This document shows positions 13,696 to 25,665 of a stretch of 64,000 nt of DNA, in pieces. Under the pieces are notes generated by a model. It made no database searches and was not told the DNA's origin. It worked only from the letters and a program-made list of their open reading frames with translations. Within the stretch, counting starts at the first letter, position 1. The number at the start of each line of letters is the position of its first letter. The translations under genes were made by a program, and so were the position numbers. This DNA comes from Octopus vulgaris (taxonomy: Eukaryota), in contig OX597827.1 of the NCBI GenBank assembly GCA_951406725.2, forward strand, positions 77,438,001 through 77,502,000. The letters are read 5' to 3'.

Positions 13696-14452
13696 TAAAC
13701 TGCATGTTGAGCAGAATAAGTACTGAGTGAGATTTAATCGATTAAAATCTTTCAAGTTAGTGTCTCAAAGCAGCTGCCGTCCAATATGTGCATCAAATAA
13801 AAGAATTTCAGAAGCATTCTTAAAATCCTCTTTTCATCAATGCCACAAGTTCAGAATTCAGCTTGAACAATAAGTAACAGTTATGTCGTGAAAACTGTTA
13901 GAATATTAAGTGTATCAATATCCTTTGAGTCCACTTTAAATCTCAGCAAATAAACCAGTTTCGTGTTGGTTTCTACTCGCTCAGAAATGGTCAACCGTTT
14001 TACAAAAACTGCTACATTTGAAAACTCCCTCATCTCAACCGTCATTTCAATCCTTCCTTCTAGTAGCTTCTTCCACCTCCCAATAACGTCTACATTCATT
14101 AGCCCACCCGTAAGTTACCCTTCTAGGCAGACAAACACGTATTCCTTCGTCTCTTAACTTAGCAACACGCTACCATCTTCTTCCCTCCCTTCGCCTTTCC
14201 CCGTTTTCCACAGTCGTTCGTCTGCCCTACTTCTTCAAACACTCCACACAAGCTCCTTTCTCCCTTTCCTACAACTTCAAAACTGCAATACACACAAACG
14301 TGTGTGTGCGCGCGCCTTCACTTTATGAGTCTAGCATGCACTGGTTACTCTCATCCATTCCCCCTTTTTAAATACATATCTACAAAAGCAAAAGATAGAT
14401 ATATATATATGTAGAGAGATGGATAAGCAATTTATATAGCATTATATACATA

Positions 14453-14827
14453 TCTCTATATATATAAAACTGAAGTTGTCTGTGTATGGCAGGTTTGGTA
14501 GCCTTCAACTAACACTATCTCCTCTGAGACCCTGCGGCGCAAGTTGACCAAAATTGAGAGTATGATAGAAGGCTTGCTCTTCGTTCTGTAGAAGAAAGAA
14601 AAAATCGAAATCAGACCATGTTAACACCCAAAATTATTTACATAAAAAACGTGCTTTTTTTTTTCTATGAAAACCCCTATTTTTTTAACTGCTGTGTCGC
14701 CATTTTTCGGTGTATTTCAACCAGAAAAATGTTCACTTAAAGAGAATAACAAGCTACATAATGTTAAATTTTTACTTTTCAAAAATTCCAATTCTAAAGG
14801 GTCGAACAAACCCGATCAACACTGCTA

Positions 14828-14828
<1 letters not shown>
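14453..14828 (+). mobile_element. Non-autonomous Helitron
   Basis: Starts TC(TC)TATATATATAAAAC after an A and ends CTAG before a T. A short GGGT..ACCC hairpin lies just before the 3' end. No TIR or TSD. Confidence 0.65.
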
Positions 14829-14870
<42 letters not shown>

Positions 14871-15179
14871 ACAGGTCTGCCTATAATATCTACACACACA
14901 CACATTTGTACACCTTTTTCCTCTCTCACACACACACATTACTGAAACCATTCGTCCTGACATATTTATCTCCCTTTGTGCTGTTGACGTTGCTTCCTTC
15001 TGACAGGATGTTTTCTTTCATCAACCCAGCTTTCGGATGTCCGTCCTTAGACTACACTCACTCACTGCTGCTGTTAGAAGTCGAGTGCACACTCGCACTC
15101 ACTACATAATTACACTCCTTTACCCCCAGTTACAGAAGGGCATTAAGCTAACACACATTATTTTTCACATACACACGTT

Positions 15180-15216
<37 letters not shown>

Positions 15217-15939
15217 TATAAATATTTATATATAAAATCATATTCGGAAGCAAAAAATATATAAAAATATGTGTGTGCCAAATTGCATTGAGACATCGAA
15301 CCGGAACTAATATGAAAGAGTTCCTTTTAAAGGGGAGATAAGAATCGAGGGGAGAGGAGAGATCCTTCAATTTTGCAGTTTTTTAAAATTTTTAAATAAA
15401 TTCTACATTTTAAATTAAAGTAACTGATAAATATGAGAAGTTTTATCCCATCTTTATTATAAATAATTGTATTGAAATATACACAAGTGTGTATGAAAAC
15501 ACACCTGTAATTAGGTAACGATGCAACGGACTGGAGTTCCGTTCCGGGTGAAGGTTGGCCTATCCGCCGAGCTAGTGGGGCGGTATCATTCGAAAGCTAG
15601 AATATGAAGTGTGAAGAAGCGTATTGCAACCAGCGGTGTGAAACAATATCCGATAGCCTAGTCGATAGACATACACGTTTAATGTTGATAAAATATTTTT
15701 TTATTTTCGGGGAGCCCCTGTAAGTGAAAGCGAAACTACTTCACTCTCCAGAAAGCGTTTTCCTGAGACAGAAATGAAGGTGCTATGTAACCCAAATGAT
15801 AAACTGGTCTAATATCTTTAAGTGAAGCCCATAATTGGGAAAGGCATAATCGCTACGTAAAATCGATTAAATATTTATTTTCACTACAGACGCAACGTCT
15901 GCATTTTTTTTTTTTTTTTTTTGGCTGGGGAGAGGTGCT

Positions 15940-16240
15940 TATCGACACCCAAAGGATGAAGGGCGAAGATGTCCTCGGTGAAATTCGAACTCAGGCCATA
16001 GAAACCGGAGGAAATACTGCTAAGTATTTTGTCTGGCATGGTAACAATTCTTCTCTACTCTAGGCACAAGGCCCCAAACTTTAGGGGGAGGGGGCCAGTC
16101 GACTAGATCCACCCCAGTACGCAACTGGTACTTAAAGGCAAAGTCGACCTCGGCGGAATTTGAACACAGAACGTAAGGGAGACGAAATACCGCTAAGCAT
16201 TTCGCCCGGCGTGCTAACGATTCTGCCAGCTTGTCACCTT
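15940..16240 (-). mobile_element. Two adjacent SINE family A copies
   Basis: AAAGTCGACCTCGGCGGAATTTGAAC..GCTAACGATTCTGCCAGC. Confidence 0.8.
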
Positions 16241-18047
16241 ATCGTACACAATTAAGTCTAATTGTGTACGATAGAAACTAATGTTTCGTTTATTTCTTTT
16301 TGCACACTTCTAAAGCAATTGAACGCGGTGTGTAGAATCATGCGTAGCTGGTTCGAGGAAATTCCGTGGATGAACGTCAATTGATCGTGTTGTAGGGGAG
16401 TCCAGAGATCGCTTAATAACTGCCGTTGTTAGTAAAACATAAAGATGCACTACAATTAACAACGATGCAGCTGTCCTACTACACCTAAGCAACAACCCCA
16501 ACTGAGTTTTTCCTAAATCCTTAAATCCCACCATCCCTACATCTGATAAATGCATTCTCATCTATTTTAAGGGAAACACCAACATCACATATCTGAATTA
16601 GATTTTTAATAAAATATTCTATAATTCTGGACGTAATTGTTAGGGCAAAAATTGCTTCAGTTCAGTGTGGTCTCTGGTGCCAGTTTGCACTATGTACGCT
16701 CAATAGTACGGGAGATCGATGGCATAGCAGATAATCTGCCTTAGAAAAACCTGTCGGTTCGCAACGACATATTCTTTCGATAAGCTTTTATATTACACTT
16801 CCATACGTATCCATCTGCCGGTTACGTATCTCCAGATCCTTACTACAAAGTCCTATGTGAGGAAGGGTGAACATCGGGGGGGGAAAAAAAAAAAGGCAAA
16901 GCATCCATTCTATTTGTTGTTAATTGTTCTCTTGTCTGTTGACACTCGAGTAATTAAAAGCTGTGTTGTAGATACATTAATTATGAATGTAATCGCAAAA
17001 TATCAGCAGCGAGGATACTAGACTGGTTCGTCTCCGGTGCAGACACCAACAACCTGTCATTCATTTATTTTGTGAGAATTTCTCCTGGAAACACCGGAAA
17101 TGACTGAAGAGCGAAGAACAAAGAGTTCTTATTGCAGGGGAGGTAACAACCTAGGGGAATCCAAAAAATCTCCCTGACTAAAGATTTTATTTTTGAAAAA
17201 AAAATTTTTTTGGTTGAATATTTATTTAAGAAAAAAAGGTTAACGGTTTAACATTATAGAAAGAAAAGAGTCTGAGATAAAGATGAGATAAGTTTTACGC
17301 CTTTATTTTTACATCACGCATCGAATCACATACATACACACACACACACGCATAGATATACGTGCATGTATGTATATATGAGTGTGTGTATATAAATATA
17401 TATATATACATATACACGTCTTAAGTAATACTGTTGTCGTATTGACAAAATATGTGGAAAAAATAGAAGAAAAGGAGAGGAGAAAGACCAGAAAAAAGGG
17501 TGACAAACAATAACAACCCCACCAACGGCGATCATAATATTGATGATGATGATGATGATGATGATGGTGGAGGAAGAAGTAATAATAAAATAAATAAATA
17601 AAAGAGAGAGAAAGAAAGAATAAATAAATGAATTCGAAAGGAAGCGAGGATCGAACCTGGTTTTCGGCAGAGAAGAGGAAAACCCAAGGTGGTTGTTTGA
17701 AATAATGTCACCCGGTAAGGCTTTTCTTTGTGGGTGTGTAAAGTAAATCGAAGTGTGAAAGAAGAGAAGAGGGTGAAGACAGGAGGAAAAGAAACAACGG
17801 CGACAGACATTCGGCGGCCTTTTTTCTTCCCCCATTCTCTCTTGTCTCGGGGAATTATGGATTTTCTCAAGGTAAGATCTGAAGGGATTTCTTCTTTTCA
17901 CAAAATATCCTCCTTCGTGCCGCCTAATCCGTCCATTTCTTGCGATTTCCTTCTTTTTTTTTTTTTTTTTATCCACCTCTGCAAATGGATAATATTCTGA
18001 TGCTTTAATTTCAGACAACGTGTACGTGTGTATATGTATATATTTAG

Positions 18048-18079
<32 letters not shown>

Positions 18080-18132
18080 CATATATATATATATATAAGA
18101 ATATAGATATAGATATGATCCGTGTATTTATA

Positions 18133-18191
<59 letters not shown>

Positions 18192-18589
18192 ATATAGTTA
18201 TAAGACTATAGATATGATCCGTGTATATATATATATGTATGTATTTATATATATATATATTATATATATATGTATGTATTTATATATATATATATTATAT
18301 ATATATATGTGTATTTATATATATATATATATTATATATTATATATGTATATATATACGCGGTAATTTTATTATAACTATTTTAATTATATATACATCTA
18401 TAATGTATATTATATATGATGTGTATGTATATAAATAATATGTGTGTATATATACGTATATATATAATGAATATATGCATATATGTGTTTTTTGATATTT
18501 ATAATTTGTATATGTATATATATATATACACAAGCATATATATATATATGTTTATAAGCATATATTTATATATATATATATAATGTGTA

Positions 18590-18635
<46 letters not shown>

Positions 18636-19065
18636 GTGTATATATGGTATATATATATGTGTGTGTCTGTGTGGGTGGTGTGTTTATTGTTTGATTTTTG
18701 TGGTGTGCAGGAGAAACAACGAACGGGGGTTCAATCTCTGTGGCAAGAAGCTAATATAAACATTTTTCACACTCGCCAGTGTTTGTTTAGTTCTGTTTGG
18801 CGGCCGGTTTGGCAAAACGGCTTGGAAGATTACCTATTCCAAAAACTTAGCATCTCAAACACCGAAATTATGTTGATTTTTATTTATTTCCCCATCGATC
18901 AGTAAACAAATTATATTGATGACTTATTGCTCGAACCAGGTCGCCTTTCAGTATCGATAGATCTCTACTAAATGACTCTTAACTTAATGTGTATATATGT
19001 GTGTATATAATATACATTAGAATGGCCTTATCAAGTTTTTATCTAATATGCCTGTATCTATGTAT

Positions 19066-19250
19066 GTATAATAGACATATAATAGACATATGTGTATATA
19101 TGTATATATTTGTACGTGTGTATTATATGATAGACGTGTGTATAATAGACGTATATATGTATATATTTGTACGTATGTATTATATGATAGACGTGTGTAT
19201 AATAGACATATATGTGTATATATGTATATATTTGTACGTGTGTATTATCT
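19066..19250. repeat. ~58-60 bp minisatellite, about 3 copies
   Basis: Unit TATAATAGAC(A/G)TAT..GTATATATTTGTACGT(G/A)TGTATTAT repeated three times. Confidence 0.85.
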
Positions 19251-19445
19251 GATCGTTTTAATTGAGGGTCAAGACGATGGAGGGAAGAGAGATACATAGA
19301 GACATTTCACATTTGATATTTACACATACACACGCACACACGGTGTGTGTATAATTTTATTTATGCCTTATTCTCCAAAACTTTTAGCTTTGATTAAAAA
19401 CCGTTTCTTTGCTCAACAAAGTAAACCAATTTAAAATACACACAT

Positions 19446-19499
<54 letters not shown>

Positions 19500-19843
19500 T
19501 ATGTGTATGTATGTATAATAGGACCGGCACTTGGTCATCGTAGGTGAAAGTATGCCTTTTGTAGTAGGTTTGTCTCAGTCGTTGGTGTGTGTGTCTGTCA
19601 CTACTTGGAGGAGGGAGTCTGTTTACATTGCTCTAACGGACAAGATCCAAGTTTGAATTCATCACCACCAAACACTGCTTCAAGTCAAATAGAAAAATAT
19701 GTCTGTTTGTCTTCTACATAAACTTACTACAGAAACTTATACATCAATACAATAGCCTACATGTAGATAGTTATATCTATCTATCTATCTATCTATCTAC
19801 CAATCTGTCTCTCTCTGTCTATCTATCTATCTATCTCTCTCTG

Positions 19844-19893
<50 letters not shown>

Positions 19894-19909
19894 AATCTGT
19901 CTCTCTCTG

Positions 19910-19943
<34 letters not shown>

Positions 19944-21139
19944 AATCTCTCTCTCTGTCTATATATATATATATGTCCATGAAGATAGTTCTTCTCTCTG
20001 CATGGAAATATATATTTCTATATTAGCGGTGCCGCTCATTCACACACCTGTACATGTAGCTTTATGCACGACTCCTAACAAAGACTGTTTAATCTAGGCC
20101 TGAAATGGAAGATTAAATTGTTTAAATACACCCTTTTGTAATGCATCTATTCAGTGCCAAACGGCGCAGACCGCCCTATACAAAACTGGGCCTGTCTCAG
20201 AGACATATCTATTTTCAGACAGCACTCAACGAACCCTCGAGGTGTGTATATATATATACATACATTTCCCACACACATTTATACATATATATATATATTT
20301 ACGTTTATATATTTACTTATACATATACATACATGTGTGTATACACACATGTATATACATATATACCTATACGTTTATATATCTACCTACATATTTCTGT
20401 ATGTGTATATATATATTATATGCATATATACATACTTAATGGTTAATAATATCACATTGAGCAAGTACTCAATATTATCAAGCAGAGTGGAATTCTTGCC
20501 TGAAGATCGGTAATGAGAGACTCCGAGTACCGACTGACTCGAGACTTGGCTTTCAATATCTATCCATCTATCTATATTTATATCTATATTTACATCTATA
20601 TATCTATCTATCTATCTATCTCTCCATTTAGATAGATAGAGTTAAAATATAAGCTAATCCTTTTATAGGACTGCTGGACTTTATATTCCTATTTACAATG
20701 AGAAATATGTGCCAAGTTCTTTGAAATGACTGATGTGAGCCATCTGTTTCTATTGAAGAAGTCGGCCTTTGTGGTGAAATCTGATAAACAAATGTCGACT
20801 TATGTTTTGAATTTTCTCCAGATTTCCCTCTCCCAGACGTTGTCTGTCCTGCCGGCATTACAACACCTCAAGAAATAATATCATGTCGGATGTTCTTCAG
20901 TGTCGACTATACACCTTTGACATGCTTTACTTTAGAGATGGATGACAAAGCTGAAAGGTTTGAATATTAGGGGCCATGGAATAGTACTGCTACTAGACAG
21001 GATGTAGTTGTTAGTTCTGGGTGCCGGGATTCTGGTTTCAAGCCTTGATCGGTGTCGATTTTATTCTTTACCTATTTAAACTTCGTCGCTAAAATAGACA
21101 ATAATAATAAAGGAAGTTAGTCTGGCTTTTCATTCATTA

Positions 21140-21352
21140 TTAAGGGAGACTCTGCATGGTTGCTCGGCCTGTTAGAAATAGCAGCTGAATCTTTTTCAAA
21201 TCACACTCTACTAAAAATAGGAGACATCTATTTAGGGTTAGTATTGTCTAATGTAGTGTTAGATACATTACACCTGGGCGAAAAAAAGGCTGAATGATCA
21301 TAGCTCGGGCGTCGTTGGCATACTCTATCAAGGCTGACCTGGGGCTAAGCTA
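21140..21352. repeat. Dispersed ~200-bp old repeat family; other copies at ~24230-24400, 31010-31190, 49015-49190, 50170-50300, 50460-50625, 60860-61010, 61690-61860 and 63820-64000
   Basis: Shared motifs TAGAAATAGCAGC..TCAAATCACACYCTAC..CTAGATAC..GGCTGACCTGGGGCTAA, found in both orientations. Confidence 0.6.
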
Positions 21353-21461
21353 CATCTAGAAAAATATTTTTGCTAAAAGAAATGTTTATTGTTTTTCACT
21401 TTAGCGTTATTTGTATACTTTCTATGTGCATATACATACATTCATATCTCTATGGTGTGTG

Positions 21462-21495
<34 letters not shown>

Positions 21496-22988
21496 AAAAA
21501 CAACGGAACATTTGAGACCTTGTTACTGTGTCAGTTTCTCGTTAGACTATAATTGTGACACAGTTTCGAACCCGTGTTTAAACCGATTTGTCCATGGGCT
21601 GTCGAGCGAAAGTATAATTCCCGGTCCGTTGCCTTTCCCCTGTAATTCTGGCCAAGTTTCTTGTCCGTTTAAAGCCAGAAATTATTAATGTATATAATAA
21701 TATAATGCAGCTTAATGGCGCCAATTATTGCCATAGGCGCCAGACAAACCTGGTCGTTGTTTACAAAAGCTGGACCGGCTGGCAGGAAGAAGAAAAAAAA
21801 ACCTGTGAAAAATAACCACTAAATAGTTTATTCATATTCTTGACCCCATTTAAAATTTTTTCCTTGAAACATTTCGCATTAAAGAATTAAGATAAAAGAG
21901 AAGATATAAAATGAAAGGGAAATATTTGAAATCTCAGCAACACAATTTCCCTCCTCCAACCCTTCCTACTTCGTCTTTATCCATCATTGATCCAATATTC
22001 TTACAATGGCTAAGCCACTTTATCACTCACACGGCTCTCGCTTCGCCGCCAAAATAAATCTCTTTAATTGAAGCCAACATCCCACATCTCTCCCGCTTTC
22101 TTTCCCGAACCATTAACCGACTCCCCCGTAGTTTTAGTTTCGCCTTCCATGTCGGAAATTGCTCCACTTGGACCAATAAAACGAAATTCTTCATTCATTC
22201 GAACCTAATCGTCATCTTTATTATAATATTTAATACTAATCATTATTTGTTTGTTACGACAGTAGTCCCGAGTCCAGATAATCTCTTACGTCACTGATGC
22301 CCTTGAAAAAAAAAAAAAAAAAAAAGGCATGAACGGTTCATACAATTTCGATTCTTTCCTTATTTATTATTATACTCTACACAGCACAGCGCTGCCATAC
22401 TGGAGCTTTTCTGCGATGCTTCGCCTTTTTCTGAGTCGAAATCCCGCTGAAGACAGCTTTGCCTTGCTCCATCCTTCCGCGGCGGTCGATCAAAATTAGA
22501 AGTGGCAATGAGGTCGATCTGTAATTCCTATAAAAACACATTACATGTAAATGGAATAATTGTAAAAAGTGGGGGGGGGGGGGGACACACAGATTTATGC
22601 TTTTTTATTGGTACAATGATTAATGGACTAATTAGCAATGCCCGTACTATGCCTGTGTGTGTGTGTGTGTGTGTGTGCTATTGTTATCTATCGACCGTCG
22701 TCGTCCTTTACCTTCTCAACAATCTCAAACAAACACATTTACAAGTTGCTACGGCTGTTTTACGACAATCGACCTCCTATCCCATTTGCGGCAGACTCTC
22801 TGCTTCTTCAGTTTCAAATTCAAAAAAAATCGGTTACAATTGATTTATTTATTTATTTATACCACATCTCAGGACATTTCTCTTTCACCTGCCTCTCTTC
22901 TTGGGTCGCCTTCATTAATAAATGTTTTAAAATCCTATTAAGGACATATATTGATGTGTGTGTGTGTATGTTTTTACACGTGTGTAAG

Positions 22989-23018
<30 letters not shown>

Positions 23019-23031
<13 letters not shown>

Positions 23032-23166
23032 CCAATTAAGGATTGAACACGAAAAGTGGACAGTCAACATGCTAGATATAGACGTCAAATGGCGATTTGA
23101 CGTCTATATCTAGCATGTTGACTGTCCACTTTTCGTGTTCAGTCCTTAATTGGTATATATAAATAT
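23019..23166. repeat. Near-perfect palindrome with 72-bp arms and a 4-nt loop (GGCG), next to (TA)n
   Basis: 23019-23090 is the reverse complement of 23095-23166 with one T:G mismatch. Confidence 0.95.
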
Positions 23167-23250
23167 TTTAATCTTCGGATTCTTTTCTAATATGCTAGAC
23201 CACTGGTTTTAATTGATAAATATCAATTTCTACCCTTAATTAATTATATA

Positions 23251-23304
<54 letters not shown>

Positions 23305-24569
23305 GATGAATATGGTACTTAAGTTAAAGGCACCAGAATTTGGTATGGTATTATCCATATCAATCAATCTTTGTTTAATTAAATGAAGTAGCATGAAACG
23401 ATTGTACTACACTAACTTTGGATGTCATTGTTGCTTATTTTGAGTATATATAATATAATATAATATGTATGTATGTATAATATAATATGTATATATAGTG
23501 TGGTGGACGCCAAAGCCAGCGTGGTTATAGATAGGAGTAATGCTGAGATAAATGTGAGCTTAAATTGCATTTCCTTCTTCATCCAGGGCAGGTGCCTACG
23601 AGTATATATATATACATTATGCTTACTCGTGTTTATCTCACTTTATACACACTCACACACGCGCGCGCAAACATGAAGTGCTCCGCTCTAGTTTGCTCGA
23701 AGAACCTGTGTAAATTGTTACGCGTGTTTCTGTTGATGATTGTGCAAAAAATCCCATAATGAAAGACCGGGACGGCCGCAATAACATCACCCAGTCATTC
23801 TAGGAGGAGGTAAGGTCGGTCTACGCTATCTAAAATAACCCTTCTTTAAGACGTCGGCGAGTGGTTTGGCTGGTGTTTCTAGCTGACCGAATGACGGTGT
23901 TGTGTTTGTTGGTGTGAATGATTGCTTGTGGTTGTGTGTAGTTCGTTAATCTATGAAAGTTTCTCGTTTATTTCCTGAATATGTTTCGTTGGCTGTTTCT
24001 ATTTACTCTTGTGTCACTGTAACTTGGCAGCGTCACCCGGGAACTATAATTCTTTTGATAGAATCAGTGTATTGATTTTTTTCCCCCTCATCGACACAAC
24101 GCCACAGATATGTGGCAAAGGCGTATAAAGTGGACTAAAGCGCCCCCGCTCACAGTGGCTGGAAAAAAAATACTGGATTACGGTACGATTTGAACTCCAT
24201 TAAACAGTACAAAATGTATTTATTAACTCTGTATACCTGTTAGAAACAACAGCCAAAATCTCTTCAGGTCACACCCTACGAAGGAAAAAAAAATGATGAG
24301 ACATACATAGGATAATGTAGTCCTAGATACACTATGTCTGAACTGAAAGACGGAGCAGTCATGGCTGGATTATAGGTCTGCTTATTCAGGTTTAACAACC
24401 ATCGTTTCTGCTATTTTCCTGTCATGGCTGTCATTTTCAAGCAAGCTTGACCTGGTGACAAGTATAATTGTTTGGGGACCTATTTAGACTCACTCACCCC
24501 CACTCCCTTAATCGACAGGAGGCATCCAGGATGTCGCAGTTGGATGGAGGTACATCTGAACTGACACTT

Positions 24570-24890
24570 GACAGGTATTCGTTTACAGCCGAGTAGACTG
24601 AGCAGTTCAGAAATCGAACTCGCGACCTTATCGTTTTGAGCTTAACACTCGAACCACTCCTGCCACGAGCCTTCATTGTTCTTGAATGAATAAATGTATA
24701 TTTACTATTTCATCGCCCCTTGTATCATTTCTAGATGCGTGGCTGGTAGTCATTTACAGCCGAGTAGACTAAAGCAGTCCAGAAATTGAACCTGCGATCA
24801 TATGGCTTTGAGCTTAACACTCTTACCACTGGGCCACGAGCCTTCATTGTTCTTGAATGAATTAATGTATATTTACTGCTATTTCATTGC
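24570..24890 (-). repeat. Tandem duplication (~175 bp) of a tRNA-like SINE head plus flank
   Basis: TTTACAGCCGAGTAGACT..GAGCCTTCATTGTTCTTGAATGAA occurs twice. The minus strand has an A-box (TGGC..AGTGG) and a B-box (GTTCGATT/GTTCAATT). Confidence 0.8.
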
Positions 24891-25277
24891 CATTTGTTCT
24901 GTTATTTCTAGATGGTGTGTTGTGGGGTGTTATTATCTTCTCTCCTGTTAATAAGGGGTTGAATGTATATCACAGGTTCCTGATTCGGAATCTTTTGTGA
25001 CTCTGGGTTCAGCTGAGTGAAGTAAAGTTGGTTGGTGGGGGTGGCCTCTGTTCTGAAGAGGCTGTGTTTTACTTGTAATTTATACCCAGCCCTTAATTGT
25101 TCAGTGGCACACAGATTGTAGATGCACAATGGTTGTAAGTTTAAACTGATTGACTATTGATCTCTCAATTATAAATTCAAACATTAGTACCGCAGCCATT
25201 GTACTGTGCCTCTGAACAAGGCACATAACTCTGGTCAATCCAGTTTGCTGGACTGACAATACAGGCTACATATGTAT

Positions 25278-25665
25278 TCTTTTAATCTTTTACTTGTTTC
25301 AGTCATTTGACTACGACCATGCTGGAGCACCACCTTTAGTCGAGCAAATTGACCCCAGAGCTTATTCTTTGTAAGCCTAGTACTTATTCTATCAGTCTCT
25401 TTTGCCGAACTGCTAAGTTACAGGGACGTAAACACCACCATCAAGCGATGGTGGAAGGCCAAACTCAGACACACAAACATATACACACATATACAAATAT
25501 ATACAAATACGACGGGCTTCTTCCAGTTTCCGTCCACCAAATCTACTCACAAGGCTTTGGTCGACTCAAGGCAATAGTAGAAGGCACTTGCCCAAGGTGC
25601 CACACAGTGGGACTGAACCCAGGAGCATCTGGTTGGTAAGCAAGCTACCTACTACACAGGCACTC
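25278..25665 (-). mobile_element. SINE family B, near full length
   Basis: Complete tail-core-head layout on the minus strand, followed by a + strand tail fragment at 25668-25735. Confidence 0.85.

Noticed and set aside
17326-18078. 250-aa minus-strand ORF
   Set aside because: It is built from simple repeats and homopolymers and has no recognisable protein features.
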